Assembly: GCA_047967505.1 (NCBI GenBank)
Contig: CM106538.1
DNA length: 64,000 nt
Reading direction: 5' to 3' (one strand)
Source of the DNA: Dipteris shenzhenensis
Taxonomy: Eukaryota
In this document: positions 1 through 12,200 of the stretch, one piece after another
How the letters are laid out: every line of letters starts with the position of its first letter
Numbering within the stretch: position 1 is the first letter of the stretch
The notes under the pieces: model-generated
What the model saw: the letters and a program-made list of their open reading frames with translations, nothing else
Told to the model about the DNA's origin: nothing
Databases searched by the model: none
Made by a program: the position numbers and the translations under genes

Positions 1-1236
1 GAACTTATTGCTCTCTTGCTGAGTGAAGAGCAAAGGAATGGTGGTTCAGCCACCTCAACTTCTCAAGAGACTGCTTTCTACTCGAATACAGGTAGAGGCA
101 GGGGTAGAGGAAGAGGCCGTTTTGGTGGCCGTGCAGGAAATCAGAACCAACAGCAACAACAGGAAAACCAGTCCTATGGAGGGGGACGTGGTAGTTCTAG
201 AGGCAGGGGGAGCCAAAGAGGCCGTGGTTCATGGCAAAGGAACCAGCAAGTAAATAGCAGCACAGAATGCTATTATTGTGGAAAGCCTGGACACAAGGAG
301 AATACATGCTATAAAAAGCAGAATGACATCAAAAGTGGGAAGTTGCAGCAAAGCAACTATGCATCATCAAGTGGGCATGGTGATGACAGAAATGAGCACC
401 TTTTTGTGATGCAGCATATGGTTAACTCCATGTCAGGAGATGCTGCAGCTTGCAATGATGTTTGGTATGTTGATTCAGGTGCCTCTAACCACATGACCAG
501 TCATGGTGAGTGGTTTCATGATGTTAGAAATTTGGATAAGCCAGGTTATGTTGAAACAGGTGATGATACTGCGCACCCAATTACGCAGGTTGGTAAAGTG
601 CCATTGGCTATGCAGGATGGCAAAACGAAGTACTTGGCAGATGTACTTCATGTTCCAAAAATCACTAAGAACCTGGTTTCAGTTGGCCAATGGTTGAGCA
701 AGGTCTGCAGGTTAGATTTAATCCTAATGGATGCTTTGTTGAGGACTTGAAAAATAAGTGCCGCTTGATTGCAAAAGGCAACAAAAATGGCAGAATGTTC
801 ACCTTGGATGTTGATATGCCTGAGGTGAAAGCTGCTATGTTTGCGCATGGGAGAGGTGTCATTGCAGATATTGAGATATGGCACAAGCGCATTGGGCACG
901 TGAATATACAAAGGCTGAAATCTATGCAAACGAAAAACATTGTTGCAGGTTTGCCTAAATTTAGAGTTGAGGGAGAAGTAGGACGGGCGATCTTGAATGA
1001 GAAAAACATGCCTGATTATTTTTGGGCTGAAGCAGTAGCAACTGCTGTTTATATTATGAACAGAACCCCCACTGCAGCTGTCCATGGCATGACGCCTGAA
1101 GAAATGTATACAGGCCAAAAACCAGATATTTCTCACTTGAAGGTATTTGGTTGCATAGCTTATGTTCATGTTCCCGATGAGAAGAGAACAAAGCTGGATC
1201 CAAAGGCAGAAAAATGCATCTTTATTGGATATACTC
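1..1236 (+). pseudogene. Ty1/copia gag-pol fragment (gag C-term, zinc knuckle, protease, partly deleted integrase); outer element
   Basis: CYYCGKPGH knuckle, WYVDSGASNHMT protease, WHKRIGHVN pre-integrase, FWAEAVATAVY and LDPKAEKCIFIGY integrase C-term. Frameshift near 690. Integrase core missing near 975 relative to the sister copy at 54603-55257. Confidence 0.95.
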
Positions 1237-1407
1237 TGTGTGGGGTTAAAGGTCACTGTGCCTTAACCCCAGTTATGTACAATACTCAAACACATATATA
1301 AATGAATGAAAAAGAAGATTAGGGTGGTTCTGCACCCACCAAACTTGTGTGGCTCTCTGTCTCTCTCTCTCCTTCTTCCATTCTTGCTTCCGTTGAGAGC
1401 ACTCTCA
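1237..1407 (+). mobile_element. Short (about 170 bp) 5' LTR of a second copia element inserted in the integrase
   Basis: Starts TG where the KCIFIGY homology stops, contains tatataaa, and ends CA two bases before the PBS. Start is uncertain by a few bases. Confidence 0.8.
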
Positions 1408-1409
1408 AC

Positions 1410-1421
1410 TGGTATCAGAGC
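1410..1421 (+). promoter_or_regulatory. Primer binding site, tRNA-iMet
   Basis: TGGTATCAGAGC directly after the LTR end. Confidence 0.9.
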
Positions 1422-2849
1422 CCGGGTGATCTAGCTGAGCGTGCGTGAATGCTTGGAAGCTCAGCAGCTCTGTGGGAGGAAGGAGAAGCTCTGTGGGAAG
1501 CTTTGTGGGTGACTTTACTTGCATCCGAGTGTGCAGAGACCTTGGAGGAACCTTTGGAAAAGTCACTTTGGCTTTGCGAAGTGGTTTTGAGAGCCTGTTA
1601 AGAGCTTTCAAAGAAAAAGTCGTTTTTTGAGCTTTTCCCTGTTCCGTTCGATGACAGAGACTCCGTATTGACTTGTAGAGGCAACTATTGCTTACTTTTG
1701 GTGTCCACTTCACTTCAGGAGCTTGGAAACACCTTCATTCTTGAATCTGGGATCATTTCATTGGATTTCTGACTCACTGTGTCAATTCCTGCGTTTTTTG
1801 CTTGGGAGTTGAAACTCAAGTTTGGAGCAACCATTTGCAGATCTGTCAGTTCCGGTGGACTCAGGAGGTCCTAAAACTTCTATGTTGCTCATCATTTGCA
1901 CTCCGGTGGAGTTTACAGATAGCTCTATTTCCAAAAACGTTTTTCAGTCCGTGTGTTCCAGACCCAGTGATTGAGACCACGGTTTCCAAAACCATCTGTC
2001 CCATTGCGTTCCGGACGCCCAAAAACCCCTACCTATCAGTTCTTGCGTGATTCGGTGGAGGATTTTCAGAGTTATAAATCTCTGTGTATTCGATTTCGTC
2101 TCTCTGTTATGCATTTTTCATGCTAAGGTTTTGAAACCTTAGATTTATGCCACATGGCAGTGGATAAGTGTTGACTCCCATTTCTCATTCATCGGTTGTG
2201 ATTTTGGAGTTCTGGCAGAAGAGAGATATTTGCAGATTTTCTTGCTGGTTCCGATTATGCAATGGCGCCCATGTTTTGAGGCATCTCAGGTTCTATTTTC
2301 AGTAGCGCTCATTACCGTGGGACTATGATTTCTTGAGCATACCTTATGCAGATCACTCTGGTTGCAGTTTGAGCAGTGTGCGCTCATTCGTGGTATGCAT
2401 TGGGTTGCAATGGATGATTTATAGGCCATTTGGATGCATTGCGGTCCTTGTTGGATGCGCTGATAGGCCCAAATTGCCTTGTGGGATGCTATTTTTTATG
2501 GACGCTTTGCACATGGATGCTATTTTATGCTGAGGGACAGCTTTGAAACATTGCAGGTGATGCACTGATAGTGCTATGCTCTCTTGGATGAGACATTATT
2601 GATGCATATGCCAGTGGACAGTGTTTATGCTTGAGTCATTTGGCACTTATTGGCATTTTCTTTTGGGCCAGATTTGCTCATATGGATGCATAGTATATGG
2701 CATGAGTCAGATGCATCTTTTGATGCTTTGAGCTTTGAGTTTTTTGTGATATTTCAGTCTATTGTGGCATACACATTTGGGTGCACCTGGTATTTGGTGT
2801 GACTCTCTGTTGCAGGGACTAGCATTTGGGATTTTGTTTCATTTGCATC

Positions 2850-5048
2850 ATGGCATCCTCTTCCATGTCTGAAAAGGAGTTTTTTAGCATTAAAAAGTTT
2901 GATGGGACAAACTTTTCTTTGTGGAAAGAACAAATAAGGGATGTGCTTATTCAAAAGAAGCAGATTAAACCCTTGGCAGGTATTGAAGCTAAGCCTGCAA
3001 ATATGTCTGAGGATGATTGGAATGAGTTGGATGCATTAGCAAAGTCTACTATTAGACTTCATCTTGCAGAGTCAGTTTATTTCACAGTAGTAAATGAGCA
3101 GACTACAGAAGATTTGTGGAAGAAATTGTGTGCCACTTCACATGGCAGTCCTGATAGTGTTGTGCAGGTATCACATAAGGGAAAAGAAAAAGTGGACCAT
3201 GCTCCAGTGTGTGATGTGTCTACTGGTAGCTCTCATGTTGATGGAGAGTCAAGTGGCTCTGAAATGAGCCTTGATGAGGAACTTGGGATTCCTTCTGTTG
3301 TTACACCTGGTGCAAGGAAAAGCAGGCATGATTTAAAGACTCCTGCAACTGATCCAGTTGTACGGAGGTCCACTCGTATTAAGTATCCAGTTGACAGGCT
3401 GAGATATGATGGGTATACAGCACATCACTATGCTTATATGGTCAAGGTTCTAGAGGAGCCAGAGCCCACATGTTTTGAGGATGCAGCAGGGCATAAAAAT
3501 TGGGAAGCAGCTATGGATGAAGAGATGGCTGCCTTGGATGCAAACCACACTTGGGATTTGATGCCTTTGCCTCATGATAAGAAGGCTATTGGCTGCAAGT
3601 GGGTTTACAAAGTAAAGCACAATGCTGATGGGTCTGTTAGCAGGTACAAGGCAAGATTGGTTGCCAAAGGTTTTGCGCAGACATATGGAATTGACTATGA
3701 GGAAACTTTCAGCCCAGTTGCAAGGATGGCAACCGTGAGAGCAGTAATTGCTATGGCTGCTGCAAAGGGATGGTCTTTGCATCAGATGGATGTGAAAAAT
3801 GCCTTCTTGCATGGTGATTTGCAGGAAGAGGTTTATATGATGCAGCCAGAAGGTTATGAGGATAATTCACACCCCGATTTTGTATGCAGGTTGCGCAAAG
3901 CCTTGTATGGCTTAAAACAGGCGCCGAGGGCATGGTCAGACAAGATAGGGCGATATCTTGTCACTATTGGATTTCATATTTCCAATTCAGATTTTTCACT
4001 TTATGTGAAAAGGACAAACAGAGGGATTGTGCTTATAGTCATCTATGTTGATGACTTGATTATTACAGGTGATAGTGATGCAGACATTAATAAAGTGAAG
4101 CTGCTGTTGAAGCAGAAATTTGAGATGAAGGATTTGGGAGAGCTGCGTTACTTCTTGGGCATTGAGGTTATTAGATCCCCGAGTGGGATATGGCTGTTGC
4201 AAAGGCAATACGGTTTGGACATGCTGTCCAAATATGGGATGACAGGCTGTAAGCCTATTTTTGTTCCATTGGAGCAGAATGTGAAGCTCAATGCAGAGAC
4301 AGGTGAGCTTCTTGAAGATATTACTATGTACAGGTGCGTAGTAGGTAGCTTGATTTACATGACTATAACCAGACCAGATTTGAGCTATGCTGTGGGGCTA
4401 GTGAGTCAGTTTACGCAGGCACCGAGGAAGCCACATTTGGATGCGGCTAGGCGCATACTGCGGTATGTGAAGTCCACATTGCATTATGGACTGTTTTATG
4501 AAGCTGGGTGTGCATTACAGGTACATGGATACACAGATGCTGACTGGGCTGGTAGTGTCTCAGACAAGAGATCTACTAGTGGTTTTATGTTTTCCCTTGG
4601 GAGTGGTGCCATAAGTTGGAGCAGCAAGAAGCAGCCAACAGTTGCCTTGTCGAGCACAGAGGCTGAGTACAGGGGTGGAGCAATGGCTGCATGTGAGGTA
4701 GCTTGGTTACGGAAGCTACTTGCAGATATGGGACAGTCAGTTCATGCAGCAGTTGTCATTCATTGTGACAACATTAGCAGCATCATGCTTGCTAATAACC
4801 CAGTTTATCATGCTAGAACGAAGCACATTGAGGTGCATTATCACTTTGTGAGAGAGAAAGTTCTAGCTGGGGAGATTGATCTTGTCTATGTCAGCACTGA
4901 GGAGCAGGTGGCTGATATTTTTACGAAGGCATTGGGTACCGAGAAGCTTCGCAGATTTAGGAGCTTGCTTGGTGTACGTGAGATGGATTTGAGCTTGAGG
5001 GGGAGTGTTGAGATATCAAGCTCTACCCCCGATATATCTCCTGGATGA
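2850..5048 (+). CDS. Chimeric copia ORF: gag N-terminus fused in frame to reverse transcriptase-RNase H
   Basis: KFDGTNFSLWK gag start, then after about 3135 a linker, YKARLVAKGF, QMDVKNAFLHG, YVDDL, YTDADWAG, RTKHIEVHYHF and ADIFTKAL. No protease or integrase. Confidence 0.9.
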   Translation: MASSSMSEKEFFSIKKFDGTNFSLWKEQIRDVLIQKKQIKPLAGIEAKPANMSEDDWNELDALAKSTIRLHLAESVYFTVVNEQTTEDLWKKLCATSHGSPDSVVQVSHKGKEKVDHAPVCDVSTGSSHVDGESSGSEMSLDEELGIPSVVTPGARKSRHDLKTPATDPVVRRSTRIKYPVDRLRYDGYTAHHYAYMVKVLEEPEPTCFEDAAGHKNWEAAMDEEMAALDANHTWDLMPLPHDKKAIGCKWVYKVKHNADGSVSRYKARLVAKGFAQTYGIDYEETFSPVARMATVRAVIAMAAAKGWSLHQMDVKNAFLHGDLQEEVYMMQPEGYEDNSHPDFVCRLRKALYGLKQAPRAWSDKIGRYLVTIGFHISNSDFSLYVKRTNRGIVLIVIYVDDLIITGDSDADINKVKLLLKQKFEMKDLGELRYFLGIEVIRSPSGIWLLQRQYGLDMLSKYGMTGCKPIFVPLEQNVKLNAETGELLEDITMYRCVVGSLIYMTITRPDLSYAVGLVSQFTQAPRKPHLDAARRILRYVKSTLHYGLFYEAGCALQVHGYTDADWAGSVSDKRSTSGFMFSLGSGAISWSSKKQPTVALSSTEAEYRGGAMAACEVAWLRKLLADMGQSVHAAVVIHCDNISSIMLANNPVYHARTKHIEVHYHFVREKVLAGEIDLVYVSTEEQVADIFTKALGTEKLRRFRSLLGVREMDLSLRGSVEISSSTPDISPG

Positions 5049-5303
5049 CTATCATTTATGTCACCGCCTATGTTAGTTGTACTCGTGGTGTAGTTAGACT
5101 ACCACGTATGTTTTTGGTTTGGGTTCACATATGAACCACGTATTCTAGGTTTTGACATATAGGGTATTTCCCTCTTCTATTGTATGGTTGTTGTGTGCAA
5201 AAGTGAAGAAAGGCTTCACCCTCCAACCTTGTGTTCTCTCTCTTTTGTGTGTTGTGAAGAAAGCTGAACTTGAGTCTCCTATCTCTCTCCCTTATTCTTT
5301 ACA
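5006..5303 (+). mobile_element. 3' LTR of the outer copia element (PPT GAGGGGGAG immediately upstream)
   Basis: TGTTGAGATATC...TTTACA after a polypurine tract. Similar to the LTR at 52477-52815 and not to 1237-1407. Confidence 0.9.
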
Positions 5304-7100
5304 AGAGAGGGGGGGGCAGCTGCGGCGGCAGCGAGAGAGGAGGGGGGGAGAGAGAGAAGGGGGGCCGCTGCCGCGGCAGCGAGAGAGGAGAGGGGGGGAG
5401 AGAGAGAAGGGGGAGGCGCGGCAGTGCGAGAGAGGGGGGGAGAGAGAGAGAGAGGGGGGGGAGGCCACGACACGCTGTCACGACAGCGGAGAGAGGGGGG
5501 GAGAGGGAGGAGGGGAAGGGGGGAGAGAGAGGAGGGGGGGCTGCCGCAACAGCGAGAGAGGAACGGGGGGGAGAGAGAGAGGGGGGGCACGAGAGAGAAG
5601 GGAGGGAGAGAGAGAGAGGGGGGGCCACTGCCGCGGCAGCGAGAGAGGAGGGGGGGGAGAGAGAGAAGGGGGGGCAGCGAGAGAGAGGGGAGGGAGAGAG
5701 AGAGAGGGGGGGCCACTGCTGCGGCAGCGAGAGAGGGAGGGGGGAGAGAGAGAAGGGGGGCAGCGAGAGAGAGGGGGGGGGAGAGAGAGAGGGGGGAGAG
5801 GGAGGGGAAGGGAGGGGAGGGGAGGGGAGAGAGAGAGGGGGGAGCCACTGCCACAGTAGCGAGAGAGGGGGGGGGAGAGGGAAGGGGGGGGGAGAGGGAA
5901 GAGAGAGGGGGGGCCGCTGCCACAGTAGCGAGAGAGGAGGGGGGGGAGAGAGATAAGGGGGGGCAGCGAGAGAGAGGGGGGGAGAGAGAGAGGGGGGAGA
6001 GGGAGGGGAGGGGACAGGAGAGAGAGAGGGGGGGCTGCTGCCGCGACAGCGAGCGAGGAGCGGGGGGAGAGAGAGAAGGGGGGGATGCGAGAGCGAGAGA
6101 GGGGGGGAGGGAGAGAGAGAGAGGAGGGGGGGCCACTGGGGGGGGAGAGGGAAGAGAGAGGGGGGGCGCTACCACGGCAGCGAGAGAGGAGGGGGGGAGA
6201 GAGATAAGGGGGAGCAGCGAGAGAGAGGGGGGGGAGAGAGAGAGAGGGGGGAGAGGGAGGGGAGGGGAGAGGAGAGAGAGGGGGGGGCCGTTGCTGCGGC
6301 AGCGAGAGAGGAGCGGCGGGGAGAGAGAGAAGGGGGGGGATGCGAGAGCGAGAGAGAGGGGGAGGGAGAGAGAGAGAGGAGGGGGGGCCGCTGCCGCGGC
6401 AGCGAGAGAGGAGGGGGGGAGAGAGAGACAGGGGGGAGGCCACTGCCGCGGCAGCAGAGAGAGGGGGGGGGAGAGGGAGGGGGGGAGAGGGAAGGAGGGG
6501 AGGGGAGAGGAGAGAGAGAGAGGGAAGGCCACTGCCGCGGCAGCGAGAGAGGAGGGGGGGAGAGAGAGGGGGGGCGGCAGCGAGAGAGAGGGGGAGGGAG
6601 AGAGAGAGAGAAGGGGGGGCCGCTGTCGCAGCAACGAGAGAGAAGGGGGGAGAGAGAGAGAATGGGGTGCGAGAGGAGGGGGGCGACAGAGAGAGAAGGG
6701 GAGGGGGGGGCCGTTGCCGCGGCAGCGAGAGAGAGGGGGAGGGAGAGAGAGAGAGGGGGGGCCACTGCCACGGCAGCGAGAGAGAAGGGGGGGAGAGAGA
6801 GAGAAGGGGGGGAGGCGCAGCGAGAGAGAGGGGGGAGAGAGAGAGAGAGGGGGGGGCCGCTACCGTGGCAACGAAAGAGAGGGAGGGGGGGAGAGAGAGA
6901 GAGAGGGAGAGAGAGAGAGAGGGGGGGAGGCCGCTGCCGCGGTAGCGAGAGGGAGAGAGGGGGGGAGAGAGAGAGAGGGGAGGGGAGAGAGAGAGAGGGG
7001 GGAGGCCGCGGCAAGTGAGAGAGAGAGTGGGGAGCGCAAGTGAGAGAGAGGGAAAAGGTGAGGAGAGAGGGAGAGAGAGAGAGAGAGAGGGGAAATGAAG
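5304..7100 (+). repeat. GA-rich satellite with palindromic GCTGCCGCGGCAGC cores
   Basis: Runs of G and (GA)n punctuated roughly every 45-100 bp by variants of cgctgccgcggcagcg. Confidence 0.95.
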
Positions 7101-7194
7101 AGAAGGGGAGAGAGTAGACTAAGATGAGAGGAAACGTAGATGAGAGCGGAGAGGAAAGAGAGAGAGAGAAGAGTGAGAGAGATGGATGAGAGAT

Positions 7195-7615
7195 GAAAAT
7201 TTAGAGAGGGAGGACAAAGAGAAAGTACGATCGAGATAGAAAATCTTACCAATGAAGAGGAGAAATGAGTGGGCGACGATCGAGAAAAGATAAAGGAGCT
7301 ACGATCAATGAGGCATATGAGAGGAGATTGGTGTGTGATTTAGTCGAAAGATTTAGTCGAAACTTAAACAAACAAAACTATAAACCTTGGTGTTTGATGA
7401 AAATTTAGAGAGGAAGGGCACAAGAGAAAGTACGATCGAGATAGAAAATCTTACCAATGAGGAGAAAAAATGAGTGGGCGACGATCAAGAAGAGATAAAG
7501 GAGAGACGTTTTGATGGAAGAATTTGGGAGCTACGATCAATGAGGCATATTAGAGGAGATTGGTGTGTGATTTAGTCGAAACTTAAACAAACAAAACTAT
7601 AAACCTTGGTGTTTG
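7195..7615 (+). repeat. Tandem duplication of about 200 bp
   Basis: gatgaaaatttagagag...aaactataaaccttggtgtttga occurs twice. Mirrored at about 23290-23710. Confidence 0.85.
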
Positions 7616-9009
7616 AAAAGAGAAACGTGTGGAAACTAGAATTTCAAATTTCTCGCCTTTTTTTAAACTATGAATCCTTGTGTTTGAAAAGATAAACATG
7701 TGAAAACTTGAAAATTGTGATAAAAGACAACCTTGTGTTTCAAAAGACAAATGCATGGATGTGAAAAGACAAATGTATGCTAAAAGCAAAACTTGTAGAA
7801 ACTTGAATCTTAAATTTTTCTTTGTTTTTGAATTTAAAATGAGTTTCACTTTCATTTTCAATTTACTAGTTTAATTTAGACTATAATGCATTTTGTTTTG
7901 GAATATAAAAAGTATAATTTTAATTTTATTACATTTTAAATTAAAATTTTAAAAGTAGTTTAACTTACATTCGTTATTATTACTTTAATTTATTTCTTTT
8001 TTGGGAGAATTAATATATTCTTCTAGATAAATATTAAATTTTTAATTTTAAGTCTTGTTTTCTTTATTTTACGTTATTTTTTCATAAACTTTAAGTTAAA
8101 CTTTAAGTTAAACTACTTTATAGTTTTTATTATTTAAATTCAAATTTATTAAGATTTTAACTTCTTATTAATGTGAATGTTCAATTCTTATGAGTTGTAA
8201 GTAAATTAGTTTTTGAAAATATAAATTTTATCTTTTTTAAAATGAGAAGGGGGAGGGAGAGAGAGAGAAGGGGGGGGCCGCTGCCACGGCAGCGAGAGAG
8301 AAGGGGGGGAGAGAGAGAGAGAAAGGGGTGGGAGGATGGGAGTGGGAGAGGGAGTGGGAATGGGGAAGGTGAAAGAATGGACGTGGGCGTGGGAGTGAGA
8401 ATGGGGGAGGTGGGGTGGGAGGATGGGGGCGGCAGCGAGAGAGAAGGGGGGGGGAGAGAAGGGGGGGAGAGAGAGAGAAAGGGGTGTGAGTTTAAAAAAG
8501 ATAAAATATAAATTTTATCTTTTTTAAACTCACAACCTTAGTGTATTAAAAAGAATAATGGAAAATAGATTATTTTTTGCTTTTAATTCGCAACCTAAGG
8601 ATATTAAAAAGAACAATGGAAAAGAAATTATTTCTTGCTTTTCTTCGCTTCGACGGTTGGTGTAGTCTAGATTAGCATAGATTAGTTTGTCCTTAGAGGA
8701 GAGAACTCCAAAAAAACCAATCAAAGCCATGCTAAAAATTTCCCGACTAGTTCCTAATCGGAGTCAGTCCATTCGTTCACATTCGGTTTCATAGTCACAA
8801 CAACCCTACCATTTAAGCAACGATTAAGGTTTTTAAACTTTCAAGATGATTGAAAGTTGTATTAGTGGACATGACAGACACAGTTGTGAAAGTTGACAGA
8901 GCATTTTACACTTATATCAGTTGCGGGAGTTGATAGAGCATTTTGCACTTATATATGACAGACTTCAAATTTGTATTCAGGGATCATTGTAAATCCTTAT
9001 TTTTTTTCA

Positions 9010-9104
9010 CATTTATGCTCTAAGCCTTGTAAAGCCTTTTAGGCTATTCCCAAAGCATTTATGCTCTAAGCCTTGTAAAGCCTTTTAGGCTATTCCCAAA
9101 GCAT
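9010..9104 (+). repeat. Tandem duplication of about 46 bp
   Basis: tttatgctctaagccttgtaaagccttttaggctattcccaaagca twice. Mirrored at about 21827-21921. Confidence 0.9.
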
Positions 9105-9236
9105 GAAATTGATACTTATATGATTGGGAAGAATAAAAACTTGAGGTGTATTAATGGGACTCATTGTACTTCTGATTTTTCAAAGTAATTGTAGTTTGTC
9201 AAAGTACTTAAAATTTGTGTTATGCTTGAATACAGG

Positions 9237-12200
9237 ATGGATCTTAAGGCTACAGCATTTGTCAATGGTATGACACTGAAATACAATGGAAGAATTTATG
9301 CCCCAAATGACTTCACAAACTGGACAGTTGTTGACACAACAAAGAAAGCATGGTTCTTGGTCTTAAGTAAAGGAAATCTCATTCTAGTGATGACAAAGAG
9401 AGAGTTGGAGAAAGATGAGTGGGCATCAAATGTATCTTTCTCAAAGAGCAATTTGATTCAAGGGGGCACCTTAGTAGGAATAAAAATTGAAAAAGACAGC
9501 AGTACAATGATGATTTACACAAAGTCAAGAATGAGCAACAGATCATTTCTTCTTTCTAAGAAAGATGCAATGCACTTTGTGATGCCGCTGCCAAAAGCAC
9601 CTATATTTCCTGAATTGGTTCCTACATTGGAGATCCTTCAACATGTGTGGGAGGAATTTCCCATTGAGGAAGCAAGAAAAATGCAGTCAAAGATTATCCT
9701 TGAATACTTTCAGGGTGTCATCCAACAAGGTTCAACTTCATTGGAGGGACCTAAGGTGCAATAATCCACACATGAGAAAGGAATTGATGAGACACGCCAT
9801 GTAGACCTGGTTTATGGTAATACAAATGAGAGAGGAAGTGGAGTGGATGAGACAGAACACATTGTAGCAATGGATGAGGGTCTTGTACATGTGGATGCTT
9901 ACAAGGGATCTACATCTGAGACAGGAATTGAATTGGCGGAGACCGGACATGCACATGCATCTCAGACAGAAATTGAATTGAGTGAGACACGACATGCATC
10001 GGATAAGACAGGACATGCACACACATCTCTTGTTCATGGTATTACTCACTTAGATGGTGTAACTCATGAAGTTGATGGAATAACAGAACAAGTGAAGCCC
10101 TTAAGTATACCTGAAGTTGAGGCAATAGAAGAAGAAGTAGGGCGATCTAAAGCAGTTCACATTGAGCCCTTAAAAAATAAACCTCGACGTCAAATGCAAA
10201 AGGCAAGTACTTCACGAGCTACAGTTCCAAGTCCTATAACTGGAAAAAGAGGTCGTTCATATACAAAGAAAGGGCAAAGAAGAGAAGAGGAAGAACATGA
10301 AGAGGATGTGGAGGGTCTTGAAATGGAGTCACATCTAGAAGCAAAAATGTTATCAATGAAGAACCTAAATCTTCGCTTGAATGAGGCTGTGACAGATGAG
10401 GATCCAGGATATATATGGGGCCAGAAGACTCAAGTTATACATGCTTCAACAGTGGTCAAAGCAAGTGTCTTCACCAACAGTAGGACCTTAGATACAGCCT
10501 ATGCTGAAAAGATTTTTCAGGCTTTGATTGATGGAAAAAAACCAATTGTTTCTAATTTGGTACTCCGTCCAAGAACATTTTGGCTAGTCATGGGAGATTA
10601 TAGTCAATCCATCAATTTCTCTTAGCCTATAGATTTTGAGATGCAATTCACTAAGTTCCTCGGAAAACAAGTTCCCTCACTTCAAGAAGGACAAAGTTCA
10701 GTGAATGATCCAGAACGACATATAAGGGATGCCAAGAGAAATTTCTTAGCTCATTGTACATTTGAGGCAATAGATGGTCAGCACTATGCCTATGCTTGCA
10801 ATGAGCGCTCTAGAGATACATACAAGAAAGGAGAAATTACTTATCGAACCTTCGCGAGTGTGCCTCAATTTCACTACTATTCTGCATGCATTTGTATCTT
10901 CAAGAATGAGAAAAAATATTTGATTGAGTCGGAAAGACTTAATCATGACACTTATGCACTACGAAAAATCACCTCCACTTCAGAGATGTTGCTCAAAGCT
11001 AGGACCATATGGAAAAGTTTTAATTCTCTTTTGACCACTCTCAAAAGAACTGCAACTAAAGTGGAAGCGGATAATCTTGTTGACTTCTACACATGCTTGA
11101 GTGCCATTGTACCAAGGGGAAAGCAGGAAAGAGCAGAGGTGATTACAAGCTTTAAGATAGTAAGGGATAGGTATCAAGACTACACAAGCATACTTTTCCG
11201 TAGTGATGAAGTTTTTCATTAGATCAAAGACGTGTGTCTTACATGTGAGAAAGGAGATGTCACATATGAGGCTCCATCATTGATTAAAGAGAAGGCAAAG
11301 AAGATTGAGAAAAAAGAGATGACAGCTCGGATGTGGAGGCCTTTAAGAAACCTACCAGACAAATACGCAAGTCTTGCTGCAGAGAAATTAATGTCCAAAG
11401 AATGGTTTTTTGGCAAAAAGGATAAAGATCATTGCATGGAAGATTGCATCATCCAACAGGTCAAGCGTGATGCAGTAAAGAGTGCAATTGAATATTTATT
11501 GGGAGAAAAAAATATTCCAATTAGCCAATGTAAAATTGATCATAACATTGTGAGGCAGATGGCATCAGCTTTACCGTCAGCTAAATAGAAGGCTTGGGCG
11601 CATAAATGGGTGAAGGTAGAAGATGATGGATCTGAAATTACTCCCTCTATGAGAAGTGACATTCCGGAAAATGTGTATGCATATGCACAAAAAGTCATCA
11701 ATAACCACACTCTTAGAAAAGAAAAAACTTTGAACAAGGGCTTTTATTTCATACATGAAATCATTTCAGAGTCTGGAAAGAGTGTTGAGTGCAAGGGAGT
11801 TTCATTGAATGATTTTTTGTCCGACGACACTGCTTGGGAGAGACCTCAGCTTTTCTTTGTCTATGAAATATCACCGGATGACATCCGTCAACTCCTTGAC
11901 AGAATATTACATACCACTATTGGTAGAGTGGGACAATGTAATATAGTCATATTTGCTGATAAAGATGACAAGGAACAAATGTCTGCTACCCTAGAAAAAC
12001 AATATGGCAATGAGCTCAAGATTTACAATGGGATATACTCAAGAAAAAGGGACAAGAGAGAATGTGGTCTCAAGATACAGAGTCTAGAAACCTTTTTCTT
12101 GTGCATGAAGAGCCCTTACAATGATCACTCCTTACAAAACAATATAAGAGGGAATGCAAAGAGATTGCAACTACTGCTAGAAGAGCATGAAGCTCCAAAT

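Larger units (their letters stand above)
5304..12084 (+). repeat. Left arm of a 6.8-kb inverted repeat
   Basis: Reverse-complement match to 18853-25590, including near-identical ORFs (9222/21709, 9843/21088). Confidence 0.95.

Noticed and set aside
5152-7252. Long Arg/Glu/Gly- or Pro/Leu/Ser-rich ORFs on both strands
   Set aside because: Translations of the GA satellite, which lacks stop codons by composition.
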